From an uncultured Nitrososphaerota archaeon (GTDB taxonomy: Archaea; Thermoproteota; Nitrososphaeria; Nitrososphaerales; Gagatemarchaeaceae): a stretch of 64,000 nucleotides of DNA. The notes below the pieces were generated by a model. The model made no database searches, had not been told where the DNA came from, and saw only the letters and a list, made by a program, of their open reading frames with translations. The translations under genes and the position numbers were made by a program. Position 1 is the stretch's first letter. Each line of letters starts with the position of its first letter. Below, one piece after another: positions 1 through 8,911 of this stretch. The stretch is taken from NCBI GenBank assembly GCA_963703285.1, contig OY969807.1, positions 928,001 through 992,000 of the forward strand, given 5' to 3'.

Positions 1-325
1 CGTCTTCGTCGACGACGCGATCGACGCGATGGTCAGGCTCTGGCACCACGTCGAGAGAGGGGGGAGCCTCACGGTCAACGTCGGCTCGACGGAGGAGATC
101 ACCGTCGGGGACCTTGCCCGCAGGGTGATAGAGCTCTCGAAGAAGCAGATCCCGCTCAGGTTCGACCCGAGCAAGCCCACGGGGGCGCTGAACAGGATGC
201 CGGACATCGGGAGGGCCGAGCGTGTCCTCGGCTGGACACCCAAGACCGGCTTTGCGGATGGGCTCTCAGCGACCTACGGCTGGGCCGAAGAGAGGCTCGC
301 CGAGGGCACCCGACCTGCCCAGTGA
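1..325 (+). CDS. NAD-dependent epimerase/dehydratase, C-terminal part (5'-truncated by window)
   Basis: FVDDAIDA...VNVGSTEEITV...PDIGRAERVLGWTP..GL..TYGW is a typical extended-SDR C-terminus. Confidence 0.8.
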   Translation, partial: VFVDDAIDAMVRLWHHVERGGSLTVNVGSTEEITVGDLARRVIELSKKQIPLRFDPSKPTGALNRMPDIGRAERVLGWTPKTGFADGLSATYGWAEERLAEGTRPAQ

Positions 326-349
326 CGACAATTCCGGCGGCGGGAGGGC

Positions 350-1501
350 CTAGGATTCCCGAAGGGCCGCGAAGAAGCAGGCCGGGTCCGAGGAGAGGGG
401 ATTCCCGTAGGACGAGTAGGCGCGAGCCCTGCTGCCGCCGCAGACCTCCTTGAACTCGCAGACGCCGCACGGCCCGCGCAGCCTCCTTGCGCGAACGTCC
501 CTTAGGAGCTCGCTCCCCCTGTAGACCTCCACGAGGCTGTCTCTCTTGACGTTCCCGATGTCGACCGGGACCAGACCACCCGGATGGATGCTGCCGTCGT
601 AGGCGATGAAGATGATGCCGTCCCCGTCGAGCGTCCCTCGCGTGTTCAGGGTCGAGCGGTCGCCGGGTTCGCCCTCGGTGCGAAGAAGGTCGCCCCTGAG
701 CTTCAGGTAGTCTGCGTTGTCCCAGTAGTCGCCGAGCCGGGACCTCAGCTTCACGACACGCCTTATGAAGGGCGCCTCCACGCACCTTACCACGACGCCG
801 TAGTACGAGGCGTCAAAGAGGAAGTTGGAGACGCTCTCGCACTGCTCCGGGGTGAGGTCGTCGATCTCCGACCCCCTACCGACCCTGACCAGGAAGAAGA
901 GCTCCCACGTCTTGACACCGAGGCCCCTTATCAGGTCGAAGATCCGGGGGAGCTCCCTGAAGTTCCTCCGCATGATGGCCGTGTTGATCTGGGGGTTCAG
1001 CCCCAGGCTCACAGCGTCCTTGATAGCCTGGACGGTCCTGTCGAAGGTTCCGGGCTCTCCCCTTATGGAATCGTGGGTCTCGGCCGAGGCCCCGTCGAGG
1101 CTGAGCGAGACGGAGGTCGCCCCGGCCTCCTTGATCCGCTTCAGGGTGTCGAAGGTGAGGAGCTCGGTGACCGCGGGTGAGAGCGCGAACCTCACGCCGG
1201 CCTTGGTCGCGTAGGAGAGGAGCTCGAAGAGGTCCTTCCTGAGCAGTGGGTCCCCCCCGGTGAAGATGATCGTCGGGCTGGGCCTGCCGAAGGACGCCAC
1301 CTGGTCGATGAGGCGGAAGCCCTCTTCCGTCGTGACCTCCCCCGGCAGGGGTTCCTTTATCGCCGAAGCCCGGCAGTGGACGCAGGAGAGCAGGCAAGCC
1401 CTCGTCGTCTCCCAGAAGACGAGGACCGGCTTCTCGGCGAAGAGCTTGTAGATCCTGTCTGTCTGGTTCACCGTCTGCTGGGATGTCTGACTAGTTTCCA
1501 T
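350..1501 (-). CDS. Radical SAM/SPASM protein, AhbD/NirJ-like (putative coproheme decarboxylase)
   Basis: CxxxCxxC (CLLSCVHC), FTGGDPL, SPASM CGVCEFKEVCGGSRARAY..DPAC; last gene of the heme operon. Confidence 0.8.
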   Translation of the reverse strand: METSQTSQQTVNQTDRIYKLFAEKPVLVFWETTRACLLSCVHCRASAIKEPLPGEVTTEEGFRLIDQVASFGRPSPTIIFTGGDPLLRKDLFELLSYATKAGVRFALSPAVTELLTFDTLKRIKEAGATSVSLSLDGASAETHDSIRGEPGTFDRTVQAIKDAVSLGLNPQINTAIMRRNFRELPRIFDLIRGLGVKTWELFFLVRVGRGSEIDDLTPEQCESVSNFLFDASYYGVVVRCVEAPFIRRVVKLRSRLGDYWDNADYLKLRGDLLRTEGEPGDRSTLNTRGTLDGDGIIFIAYDGSIHPGGLVPVDIGNVKRDSLVEVYRGSELLRDVRARRLRGPCGVCEFKEVCGGSRARAYSSYGNPLSSDPACFFAALRES

Positions 1502-1507
1502 GTTCTT

Positions 1508-2410
1508 TCACCCAAATGATTTGCCGAGGACGATCGAGTGCAGGCAGTCCACGAGGTCGTCCGAGTCGTTGAGCGACTCGCACCTCTCGAGCTGGGCCCC
1601 CCTCTCCTTGGCCCAGCCCTTGCATTCGACGTCGATGTCGTAGAGAATCTCCAGATGGTCAGAGACGAACCCGACGGGCGCCATGAGGAAGCTTCTCTTT
1701 CCGCCGACGTAGAGCTCCTGAAGACGGTCGAGTATGTCTGGTCCGAGCCAGGGCTCCCTTGTCTGGCTGGCGCTCTGGAACGCGAAGGTCCACTCGCGAC
1801 GCCCCATCCTCTTCGCCGTCAGGTCGGAGGTCTCGAGGAGCTGGCTCCTGTACGGGTCGCCGGCGGCGAGGATGCTCGCGGGAAGACTGTGGGCCGAGAA
1901 GATGAGAGAGTAGGACACGGGCAGGTCGCTCTCCGCCTTTTGGATCCTTCGAGCCCACGCATCGATCAGCCTGGGCCTGTCGTGCCAGGAGAGGACGGAG
2001 GAGAGCTTCATCTTTTTCGGGAGCGCATCGTTGGCCAGTTCGACGGCGAGCGCGTAGGCTCCCGCGCTCATCTTCGAGTAGTGCGGGGCGAGGGCGATCG
2101 AGAGCAGATCGTCTGCCCCTTCGTCCGCAGCCCGCTTGACCACGTCAGCTATGAAGGGAGGGGAGTGCTTCATGGCCGCGTAGACCTTCGTATCCGACCC
2201 TCCGAGGCTGATTTTCCGCTGGAGTTTGTCCCTCACGCTCTCGGTGATCCCTATCAGGGGCGAGGTCCCTCCGATGGCCCTGTACCGCTCCACCAGGTTC
2301 GCCAGCTCGGCCTCCGATGGTTTCCGGCCGCCCCGTATGTGAGTGTAGTAGGCCTCGACATCATCGAGCGACCTCGGCGTGCCGTAGGCCATCAGGATGA
2401 CGGCCTTCAT
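1508..2410 (-). CDS. hemH: Ferrochelatase (coproporphyrin ferrochelatase type)
   Basis: LMAYGTP, IGGTSPL, FSAHSLP, FQS..WLGP, PVGFVSDHLEILYDID motifs. Confidence 0.95.
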   Translation of the reverse strand: MKAVILMAYGTPRSLDDVEAYYTHIRGGRKPSEAELANLVERYRAIGGTSPLIGITESVRDKLQRKISLGGSDTKVYAAMKHSPPFIADVVKRAADEGADDLLSIALAPHYSKMSAGAYALAVELANDALPKKMKLSSVLSWHDRPRLIDAWARRIQKAESDLPVSYSLIFSAHSLPASILAAGDPYRSQLLETSDLTAKRMGRREWTFAFQSASQTREPWLGPDILDRLQELYVGGKRSFLMAPVGFVSDHLEILYDIDVECKGWAKERGAQLERCESLNDSDDLVDCLHSIVLGKSFG

Positions 2411-3447
2411 CTCGCCGCACCCCCCGTCTTCTGATGGACGATGCTCACGATGGCCCGGAGGTTCTCCGGGTCCGTCTCCCGCCGGACACCGTGACCGAGG
2501 CTGAACACGTGACCCCTGTGGCCGTCGGCGCTCTCTAGTATCCTGGACACCCTCTTCATCATCTCGCTACCGCCGGCGACCGCCGCCGCCGGGTCGAGGT
2601 TTCCTTGGACCGCGGTCCTTCCGGAGCACCTCCTCCAGACATCACCTATGGGCAGCCTCCAATCCACGCTCAGGACGTCCGCGCCGGTGTCGTGGAAGCT
2701 CTCGATGAGCGCCGAGGAGTCCGCGCAGAAATGGATTCTCGGGACCCCGCTGATCCGGGAGAAGATCTCCCTGGTGTAGGGAAGGACGTACTGCCTATAG
2801 TCGTCCGGAGCGAGGCATCCGACCCAGCTGTCGAAGAGCTGGACCGCGTCCACCCCCAGTCGCACCTGAGCGTTGAGGTAGACGTCCACCATCCGCGTCA
2901 GCTTCCTCATCAGCGACCTCCAGGCATCCGGCCTGGTATACATCATCGACTTCGTTTTCTCCAGGTCCCGGCTCGGCCCGCCCTCGACGATGTAGGCCGC
3001 GAGGGTGAAAGGGGCGCCCGAGAAACCGATCAGCGGCACGGAGCCGTCCAGTTTGTCTATCGTCGACGTTATCCCTTCGGTGAGGTAGGGCATGTCCGTC
3101 GGGGGGTCGAGGGCGCCGAGCGCTTCCGCGTCTTCCAGCGTCGCAATCGGATGTGAGACGACGGGACCGACGTTCTCCTGAATCTTGAACTCCACCCCTA
3201 GGCCCTCCAGCGGCAGCATGATGTCGGCGAAGACTATCGCTGCATCAACGCCCAGCGCCGTCACCGCGCCGACGGCGGCCTCTGAGGCGAGCTCGGGGTC
3301 CTTCGCCAGGTCGACGATGCTCCTGGAGCCCTTGATCTTCCTGTAGCTCGGCAGGTATCTCCCGGCCTGTCTCATGAACCAGACAGGAGTGAACTCGCTC
3401 TCTCTGCAACGGCAAGCGTCGAGAAATGAGGCGTTCAGCGGCCTCAT
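2407..3447 (-). CDS. hemE: Uroporphyrinogen decarboxylase
   Basis: PVWFMRQAGRYLP, LIGFSGAPFTLAAY, VQLFDSW, QGNLDP, FSLGHG. Confidence 0.95.
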   Translation of the reverse strand: MRPLNASFLDACRCRESEFTPVWFMRQAGRYLPSYRKIKGSRSIVDLAKDPELASEAAVGAVTALGVDAAIVFADIMLPLEGLGVEFKIQENVGPVVSHPIATLEDAEALGALDPPTDMPYLTEGITSTIDKLDGSVPLIGFSGAPFTLAAYIVEGGPSRDLEKTKSMMYTRPDAWRSLMRKLTRMVDVYLNAQVRLGVDAVQLFDSWVGCLAPDDYRQYVLPYTREIFSRISGVPRIHFCADSSALIESFHDTGADVLSVDWRLPIGDVWRRCSGRTAVQGNLDPAAAVAGGSEMMKRVSRILESADGHRGHVFSLGHGVRRETDPENLRAIVSIVHQKTGGAAR

Positions 3448-4739
3448 CCGGAAGCCTCCCTGAAGGCCCGCCGCGCCGATGCGAGGGTCCGTTCGACGTC
3501 GACCTCAGAGTGGGCGGCGGAGAGGAAGATCGTCTCGAACGCCGAAGGAGGGAGGTAGACCCCCTCCTGTAGCATCATGTGGTGGAACCTCGCGTAGAGC
3601 TTGGACCTAGTGCTCTTCGCGTCATCGAAGTTGTGCACCGGGTTGGGGCCGAAAAATATCCCGACCATCGAACCTACTCTGTTGACAGTGATGGGGGTCC
3701 CTGCGGACTCCGCTGCTTCCTGCAGCCCTTCACCAAGGCGTCCCGCCCTCCGGTCCAGACGCCGGTAAGTCTCGGCGTCCAGGAGGGAGAGGGTGGCGAG
3801 GCCGGCGGCCATCGCGACGGGGTTGCCGGAGAGCGTCCCTGCCTGGTAGACGCCACCCTCGGGTGAGACCATGGCCATGATCTCTCGACGGGCACCGTAC
3901 GCGCCCACGGGGAAGCCTCCCCCGATGATCTTGCCGAGGCAGGTGATGTCGGGGACCGTCCCGAAGAGGGACTGAGCTCCCCCTGCAGCGACGCGGAACC
4001 CGGTTATCACCTCGTCGAATATCAGTAGCGACCCGTTGTCGGTGCAGAGCCTACGCAGCGTCTCGAGGAAACCGGGCAGAGGAGGGACGACACCCATGTT
4101 GCCGGCCACAGGTTCAACGATGGCGGCCGCGATCGCGCTTCCTCGCTCCCGGAAGGCGGCCTCGAGCGCCGCCGGATCGTTGAAGGGGATCGTTATCGTG
4201 TCGGCCCCGATGTATCCAGGGACGCCGGAAGAGGCGGGGAGGTCAAACGTAGCCAGGCCGGAGCCAGCGTGGGTCAGGAATGGGTCGGAGTGGCCGTGAT
4301 AGCATCCGTCGAACTTCAGGAGAGTCGTCCTGGACGTGTAGCCCCTGGCCAGACGGAGGGCCGACATGGTGGCCTCAGTCCCCGAGTTCACGAACCTCAC
4401 CTTCTCGATGGACGGGACGGAGGAGCAGATCTTCTTTGCAAGTCTCAGCTCGGGGACGCTGGGCGCCCCGTAGCTCGTCCCTCTCCTCGCGGTCTCCGTG
4501 ATGGCCTTCAGGATGCGCGGGTGAGAGTGCCCAAGGATCAGCGGGCCCCACGAGCAGACATAGTCGATGTAGGAGTTGCCGTCGACGTCCCACAGCTTCG
4601 AGCCCCGGCCTCGGGCGATGAACACGGGAGCCCCCCCGACCGCCTTGAAGGCCCTGACAGGACTGCTTACTCCCCCCACCATCACACGCTCGGCTTCCGC
4701 GTAGAGGGCTTCCGACTCCGTGGTCTTCAGTTCGGGCAC
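3444..4739 (-). CDS. hemL: Glutamate-1-semialdehyde 2,1-aminomutase
   Basis: GGVSSPVRAF, FVNSGTEAT, FDEVITGFR, GKIIGGGFP, YQAGTLSGNP; GTG start at 4739 preferred (ORF open to 4847). Confidence 0.95.
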   Translation of the reverse strand: MPELKTTESEALYAEAERVMVGGVSSPVRAFKAVGGAPVFIARGRGSKLWDVDGNSYIDYVCSWGPLILGHSHPRILKAITETARRGTSYGAPSVPELRLAKKICSSVPSIEKVRFVNSGTEATMSALRLARGYTSRTTLLKFDGCYHGHSDPFLTHAGSGLATFDLPASSGVPGYIGADTITIPFNDPAALEAAFRERGSAIAAAIVEPVAGNMGVVPPLPGFLETLRRLCTDNGSLLIFDEVITGFRVAAGGAQSLFGTVPDITCLGKIIGGGFPVGAYGARREIMAMVSPEGGVYQAGTLSGNPVAMAAGLATLSLLDAETYRRLDRRAGRLGEGLQEAAESAGTPITVNRVGSMVGIFFGPNPVHNFDDAKSTRSKLYARFHHMMLQEGVYLPPSAFETIFLSAAHSEVDVERTLASARRAFREASG

Positions 4740-4847
4740 CCGCACACGATTCCTACGGGCATCGTTGTGTCTGCGCCTGCGTTCCTCTAGAGCTGAAGCT
4801 TGCACCTGGGCGAACGCCCCCGAGCCGGTCGCCCTAGACTGCGCCAC

Positions 4848-5837
4848 CTAGGTCGCCTCCCTGAGCCACCCTGCGGCCTGCTCCGCGAAGTAGGTGATGA
4901 CGACGTCTGCACCCGCCCTCCTTATCGAGGTCAGGACCTCCATGGCCGCCCTTCTCTCGTCCAGCCATCCGTTCGCGCCGGCCGCCTTGATCATCGAGTA
5001 CTCTCCGCTCACGTTGTAAGCCGCCAGCGGCGCCCCGAAGCGGGACCTCGCCTTGGCGATGATGTCGAGATAGGCGAGCGCCGGTTTCACCATTATGATG
5101 TCTGCCCCTTCAGCCACGTCGGCCTCTATCTCCCTCAGGGCCTCCCTGGGGTTCGCTCCGTTCATCTGGTAGGCCCGCCGGTCCCCGAACGACGGCGTGG
5201 AGCCTGCCGCCTCTCGGAAGGGGCCGTAGAACGAAGAGGCGAACTTCGCAGAGTAGCCCATGACAAGCGTCCCGCGGTGGCCAGAATCGTCCAGAGCGGC
5301 CCTGATCGCCGCGACCTGATGGTCCATCATGGCGCTCGGCGCCACGATGTCCGCCCCCGCCCTCGCGTACTCCACGGCCGCCCTCGCCAGAAGGGGCAGG
5401 GTGGCGTCGTTGTCCACTTCGCCGTTGCTGACGAGGCCGCAGTGCCCGTGGGAGGTGTACTCGCAGAGGCAGACATCGGCAACGATGAGCATGGATGGGA
5501 ACGATTTCTTGATGCGTTCGACCGCCCGCGGTACTATGCCGTCCGGGGCATACGCCTGGCTCCCCGTCTCATCCTTCGACGCTGGTATCCCGAAGAGGAG
5601 GACCGAGCGGATTCCCGCATCCCAGAGGCGTGCCATGTAGGCGTCCAGGCGGTCCAGCGAGTAGCGATTCACGCCGGGCATCGCCTGGATGGGCTCCTCG
5701 ACGCCCTCTCCGTGACGCACGAACACGGGTGCGACGAGCCTGGAGGCGGTCAGGTCGGTCTCGCTCAGAAGCCGCCGAATGGTCTCCGTCGTCCTAAGCC
5801 GCCTGAGTCTAGTCCGCTGGTACTCACCGTCGATCAT
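4848..5837 (-). CDS. hemB: Porphobilinogen synthase (Zn-type ALA dehydratase)
   Basis: RLRRLR, DVCLCEYTSHGHCG, APSAMMD, YSAKFASSFYGPFREA, MVKP, YNVSGEYSMIKA; own ATG at 5837 directly after the hemD-frame TGA. Confidence 0.93.
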   Translation of the reverse strand: MIDGEYQRTRLRRLRTTETIRRLLSETDLTASRLVAPVFVRHGEGVEEPIQAMPGVNRYSLDRLDAYMARLWDAGIRSVLLFGIPASKDETGSQAYAPDGIVPRAVERIKKSFPSMLIVADVCLCEYTSHGHCGLVSNGEVDNDATLPLLARAAVEYARAGADIVAPSAMMDHQVAAIRAALDDSGHRGTLVMGYSAKFASSFYGPFREAAGSTPSFGDRRAYQMNGANPREALREIEADVAEGADIIMVKPALAYLDIIAKARSRFGAPLAAYNVSGEYSMIKAAGANGWLDERRAAMEVLTSIRRAGADVVITYFAEQAAGWLREAT

Positions 5838-5839
5838 CG

Positions 5840-6590
5840 TCACTCGGTTCCTATCGCTTCCAGAAGGGAATCGAAGGTCTGGACCTTCGGGAGGATGATT
5901 CGATTCGAATCCCCGCCGTCTCGCTGCCTTCGCCGTTACGGGGCCGATGCAGGCCGCGGGGAGGGATTTCAGCTCCTCTAGCTCCCCCGGCGTCATCCTC
6001 TCGCAGAACCCTTCCACGGAGGAGGGGCTAGCAAAGAGCACCAGGTCAGCACGGTCGGGAAGGGAGTAACTACCGCCACCGGAAGTCCTCGTCCTGTAGA
6101 TCGGGAACTCGGTCACTTCGAAGCCGCGGCTTCCTAGGGTCTTCGGCATCTCGGGGTCGGCGATGTCCGCCCGGAGCAGTAGGACCTTCTTCCCCGAGGT
6201 GAGGGGGAGCTCCTTCGCAAGGCTCTGTGTGAGGTAGCTCGATGGCGTGAAGACGTCGACAAACCCCAGCCTCGAGAGCGCACCGGCGGTCCCTTCGCCC
6301 ACCCCGGCCGTTCTGGGAGTCCCCTCCCAACGAATGCTGAGGGAGAGCGCTTTCATCCTCTCCGCGAAGAACTCCACGCCCGTCGCGGACGTGAATACCA
6401 ACCAGGAGTAGGAGGAGAGTTCCGCGAGGCTCCTGTCGGTCTCGGACCAATCCGTCGGGGGAAGGAACGATATGGTGTCGACGGACAGCGGGTTGAACCC
6501 CCGCTCCCGCAGTTTTACCGCGAGCTCGACGTTGCCTCTGTTAGAACGGGTGATCACAACGTTGCGGGCATGCTTCGTCTCCGCGGTCAA
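5840..6590 (-). CDS. hemD: Uroporphyrinogen-III synthase; 1-nt frameshift near 5900 fuses the as-read ORF to hemB
   Basis: VVITR, WLVFTSATGV, GVGEGTA, FASPSSV, ACIGPVTA; typical C-terminus IILPKVQTFDSLLEAIGTE* lies in the +1 frame, ending at TGA 5840-5842. Confidence 0.88.
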
Positions 6591-7510
6591 GGCACCAGGC
6601 CCCTGAGTATCCCTTCTCCCCCCATCTCGAGCATCTCTTCACCGAGCCTCCTCCCGAGCGACTCGACGTCCCCAGAGCCGGAGGAATGGAGAGCCTTCCT
6701 GATTAGCTGCCTGCCGTCGGGCGAAGCTATCACCCCCGTGATGGTAAGAGAATCGCCCTGGAGTCGGGCGCATGCCCCCACCGGCACGAAACAGTCTCCT
6801 CCGACGCTTTTCGTGAACGCTCTCTCGCAGGACGACTCCCGCCTCGCGGCGACATCGTCGATCCTGCCGACTATCTTCGAGGTCTCGGAATCGTCCCTCC
6901 TGACCTCCACCGCCAGTGCCGCCTGTCCAGCGGCTGGGATCATCTCGTCCAGGGAGAGAAGCTGGGTTATCCTGCCGGCCTCTGATATCCGCTCCAGCCC
7001 GGCGGCAGCGAGCACGATCGCGCCGAGGCCGAGCTGGCGCATCTTACCCAGCCGCGTCTCGACGTTCCCGTGAAGGTCGACGACGGCGAGGTCCCGCCTT
7101 AGGTTGAGAATCTGGGCCCTCCGTCTGAGGCTGCTCGTGCCGACCTTCGCGCCTTCGGGGAGCTCCCGAAGCGCCTCCCCGTTCAGAGAGACAAGCGCGT
7201 CCCGCGGGTCACCCCTCGGGGGCGTGGCTCCTATCCCCAGGCCGTCCCTGAGTTCGACGGAAAGGTCCTTCATGCTGTGGACCGCGGCGTCAACCTCCCC
7301 CTCCAGCAGCAGAGTTTCGATGTCGCCCGTGAAGGCCGTCTTGCCGTCGATCGCTCCCCGCTTCTCGGGCGGCAGCCTGTCGCCGGCCGTCTTTATGGGG
7401 ACCACCTGGACCTCCAGCCCTGGGACGCGGCTCGTGAGCATGTCGACCACAAGCTGGGTCTGTGCTCTAGAGAGCCTGCTCCCCCGGGCGCCGACCCTCA
7501 GGCGGGGCAA
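6587..7510 (-). CDS. hemC: Hydroxymethylbilane synthase
   Basis: GARGSRLSRAQ, AVHSMKD, VGTSSLRR, GNVETRL, PAAGQAAL, GGDCFVPVG. Confidence 0.95.
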   Translation of the reverse strand: MPRLRVGARGSRLSRAQTQLVVDMLTSRVPGLEVQVVPIKTAGDRLPPEKRGAIDGKTAFTGDIETLLLEGEVDAAVHSMKDLSVELRDGLGIGATPPRGDPRDALVSLNGEALRELPEGAKVGTSSLRRRAQILNLRRDLAVVDLHGNVETRLGKMRQLGLGAIVLAAAGLERISEAGRITQLLSLDEMIPAAGQAALAVEVRRDDSETSKIVGRIDDVAARRESSCERAFTKSVGGDCFVPVGACARLQGDSLTITGVIASPDGRQLIRKALHSSGSGDVESLGRRLGEEMLEMGGEGILRGLVP

Positions 7511-7511
7511 T

Positions 7512-8786
7512 TCAATCGGCCTCTGGATGAAAGACGCTTTCGAGAAGTCGCAGCTTCTCTGCCTGGGCTATCCCACGGCCATCCTGTTTTGCGAAGGCCG
7601 CTTCGGGCGCCAGGAGCTTGCCGACCAGGCTCCTGCTCATCGCTTCTATGACCCGACGGTCGTCCTCAGGGAGGTCGGGGAGCACCCTCAGCACCTCCTC
7701 CGTCTCCTTCTTGCGGATATCCTCGGCCCACCTGTATATCTCCGAGAGAATCGGGGACAACCTACTTGCGACGAGGCGCTGGGTAAACCTCTCGGCTTCT
7801 TTTTGGACCTCCGACTCGATCGCCGCTAAATCCTTCCCGGAGGGGACCGACCGTGCGTAGGTCGCCAGGTCATCCAAATCGTAGAGCCTGATGGAACGCG
7901 ACCTCTTGAACGCCGGGTCTATGTTCCGTGGGAAGGCGAGGTCCATCAGTACCAGTCTCCTTCCGGAGGGGAGGTCTCCCTTCTTCAGGACGTAGCCGGG
8001 ATGATTTGTGGCCGAGATTACGAGATCGCCCTCCCAGTTGAGGCCCCCCAGCTGCTCGGGGGAGATCACGGCGGCACCGGGGAAGAATTCGGCCGCGTCG
8101 TTGCGGCTCGAGACGAGAAGTATCTCCGCACCGCTGAGCCTTGACGCAGCGAGCTTCGCCGTCTTTCCTGTCCCTATGAGCATTATCTTCTTCGGGCGAC
8201 TCCCGAGCTTCTTGATTGCGAACTCGAGCGCCAGGGCGCTCACGGAGGTGTTCGATTGGCCATCCTGGAGGGATTGTCTCAGGCGCCGGCCCACGTGGGA
8301 AGCGGAAGCGAAGAGCGAGGAGAGGATGGGCCCGGTCGTGCCTGCCTCACCAGCCTTGGCGGCCGCGTCCCTGACCTGCTGGAGTATCTGGTCCTCGCCG
8401 ACAACCAGGGAATCAAGGCCGACCGCCACTCTGAAGAGATGCGCGACCGCTTCGGTTCCGACCGCTGTGAAGAGGCTATCTCGTTTTCGGTCCGCGACCG
8501 GCATCATGGCAAGGACGGAAGTTGCGGCCCTTTCCGGGTCGTCGGTAGCCACGTAGAGTTCTATACGGTTGCATGTGACGACCAGGCACTTCTCTAGAAT
8601 GTGCGACGGGCCGTCGTCGAACGAGGGCTCGCTCGCCTTCACGAACGTCTCGAGGACGCGTTCCCTGAATTGTATCGACGATGTCCTATAAGACGCGCCC
8701 ATCAGGACAACGGAGGACGGACGCGCATGTCCCGACTCGGAGGCAGCGGGGCGCCGCCGATGGACGGAAAGAGTCGAGTTCCCCAT
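7512..8786 (-). CDS. hemA: Glutamyl-tRNA reductase
   Basis: VTCNRIE, HLFRVAVGLDSLVVGEDQILQQV, IGTGKTA, DLAFPRNID. Confidence 0.93.
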   Translation of the reverse strand: MGNSTLSVHRRRPAASESGHARPSSVVLMGASYRTSSIQFRERVLETFVKASEPSFDDGPSHILEKCLVVTCNRIELYVATDDPERAATSVLAMMPVADRKRDSLFTAVGTEAVAHLFRVAVGLDSLVVGEDQILQQVRDAAAKAGEAGTTGPILSSLFASASHVGRRLRQSLQDGQSNTSVSALALEFAIKKLGSRPKKIMLIGTGKTAKLAASRLSGAEILLVSSRNDAAEFFPGAAVISPEQLGGLNWEGDLVISATNHPGYVLKKGDLPSGRRLVLMDLAFPRNIDPAFKRSRSIRLYDLDDLATYARSVPSGKDLAAIESEVQKEAERFTQRLVASRLSPILSEIYRWAEDIRKKETEEVLRVLPDLPEDDRRVIEAMSRSLVGKLLAPEAAFAKQDGRGIAQAEKLRLLESVFHPEAD

Positions 8787-8911
8787 CGCGCATCCCGCAA
8801 ACCGGTTCCTGGATTGTTTATTTAACGTTTGTTAGGTTCGCTACAATCGCGCACGGTGAAATCCAAACGCTTATTGAACGCTCGCTAAATGCCCTGCCGC
8901 AGGCAGTGGAG

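Noticed and set aside
4848-6590. 580-aa natural HemD-HemB bifunctional enzyme
   Set aside because: The normal HemD C-terminus and stop lie in the +1 frame and hemB has its own ATG; a frameshift explains the ORF better
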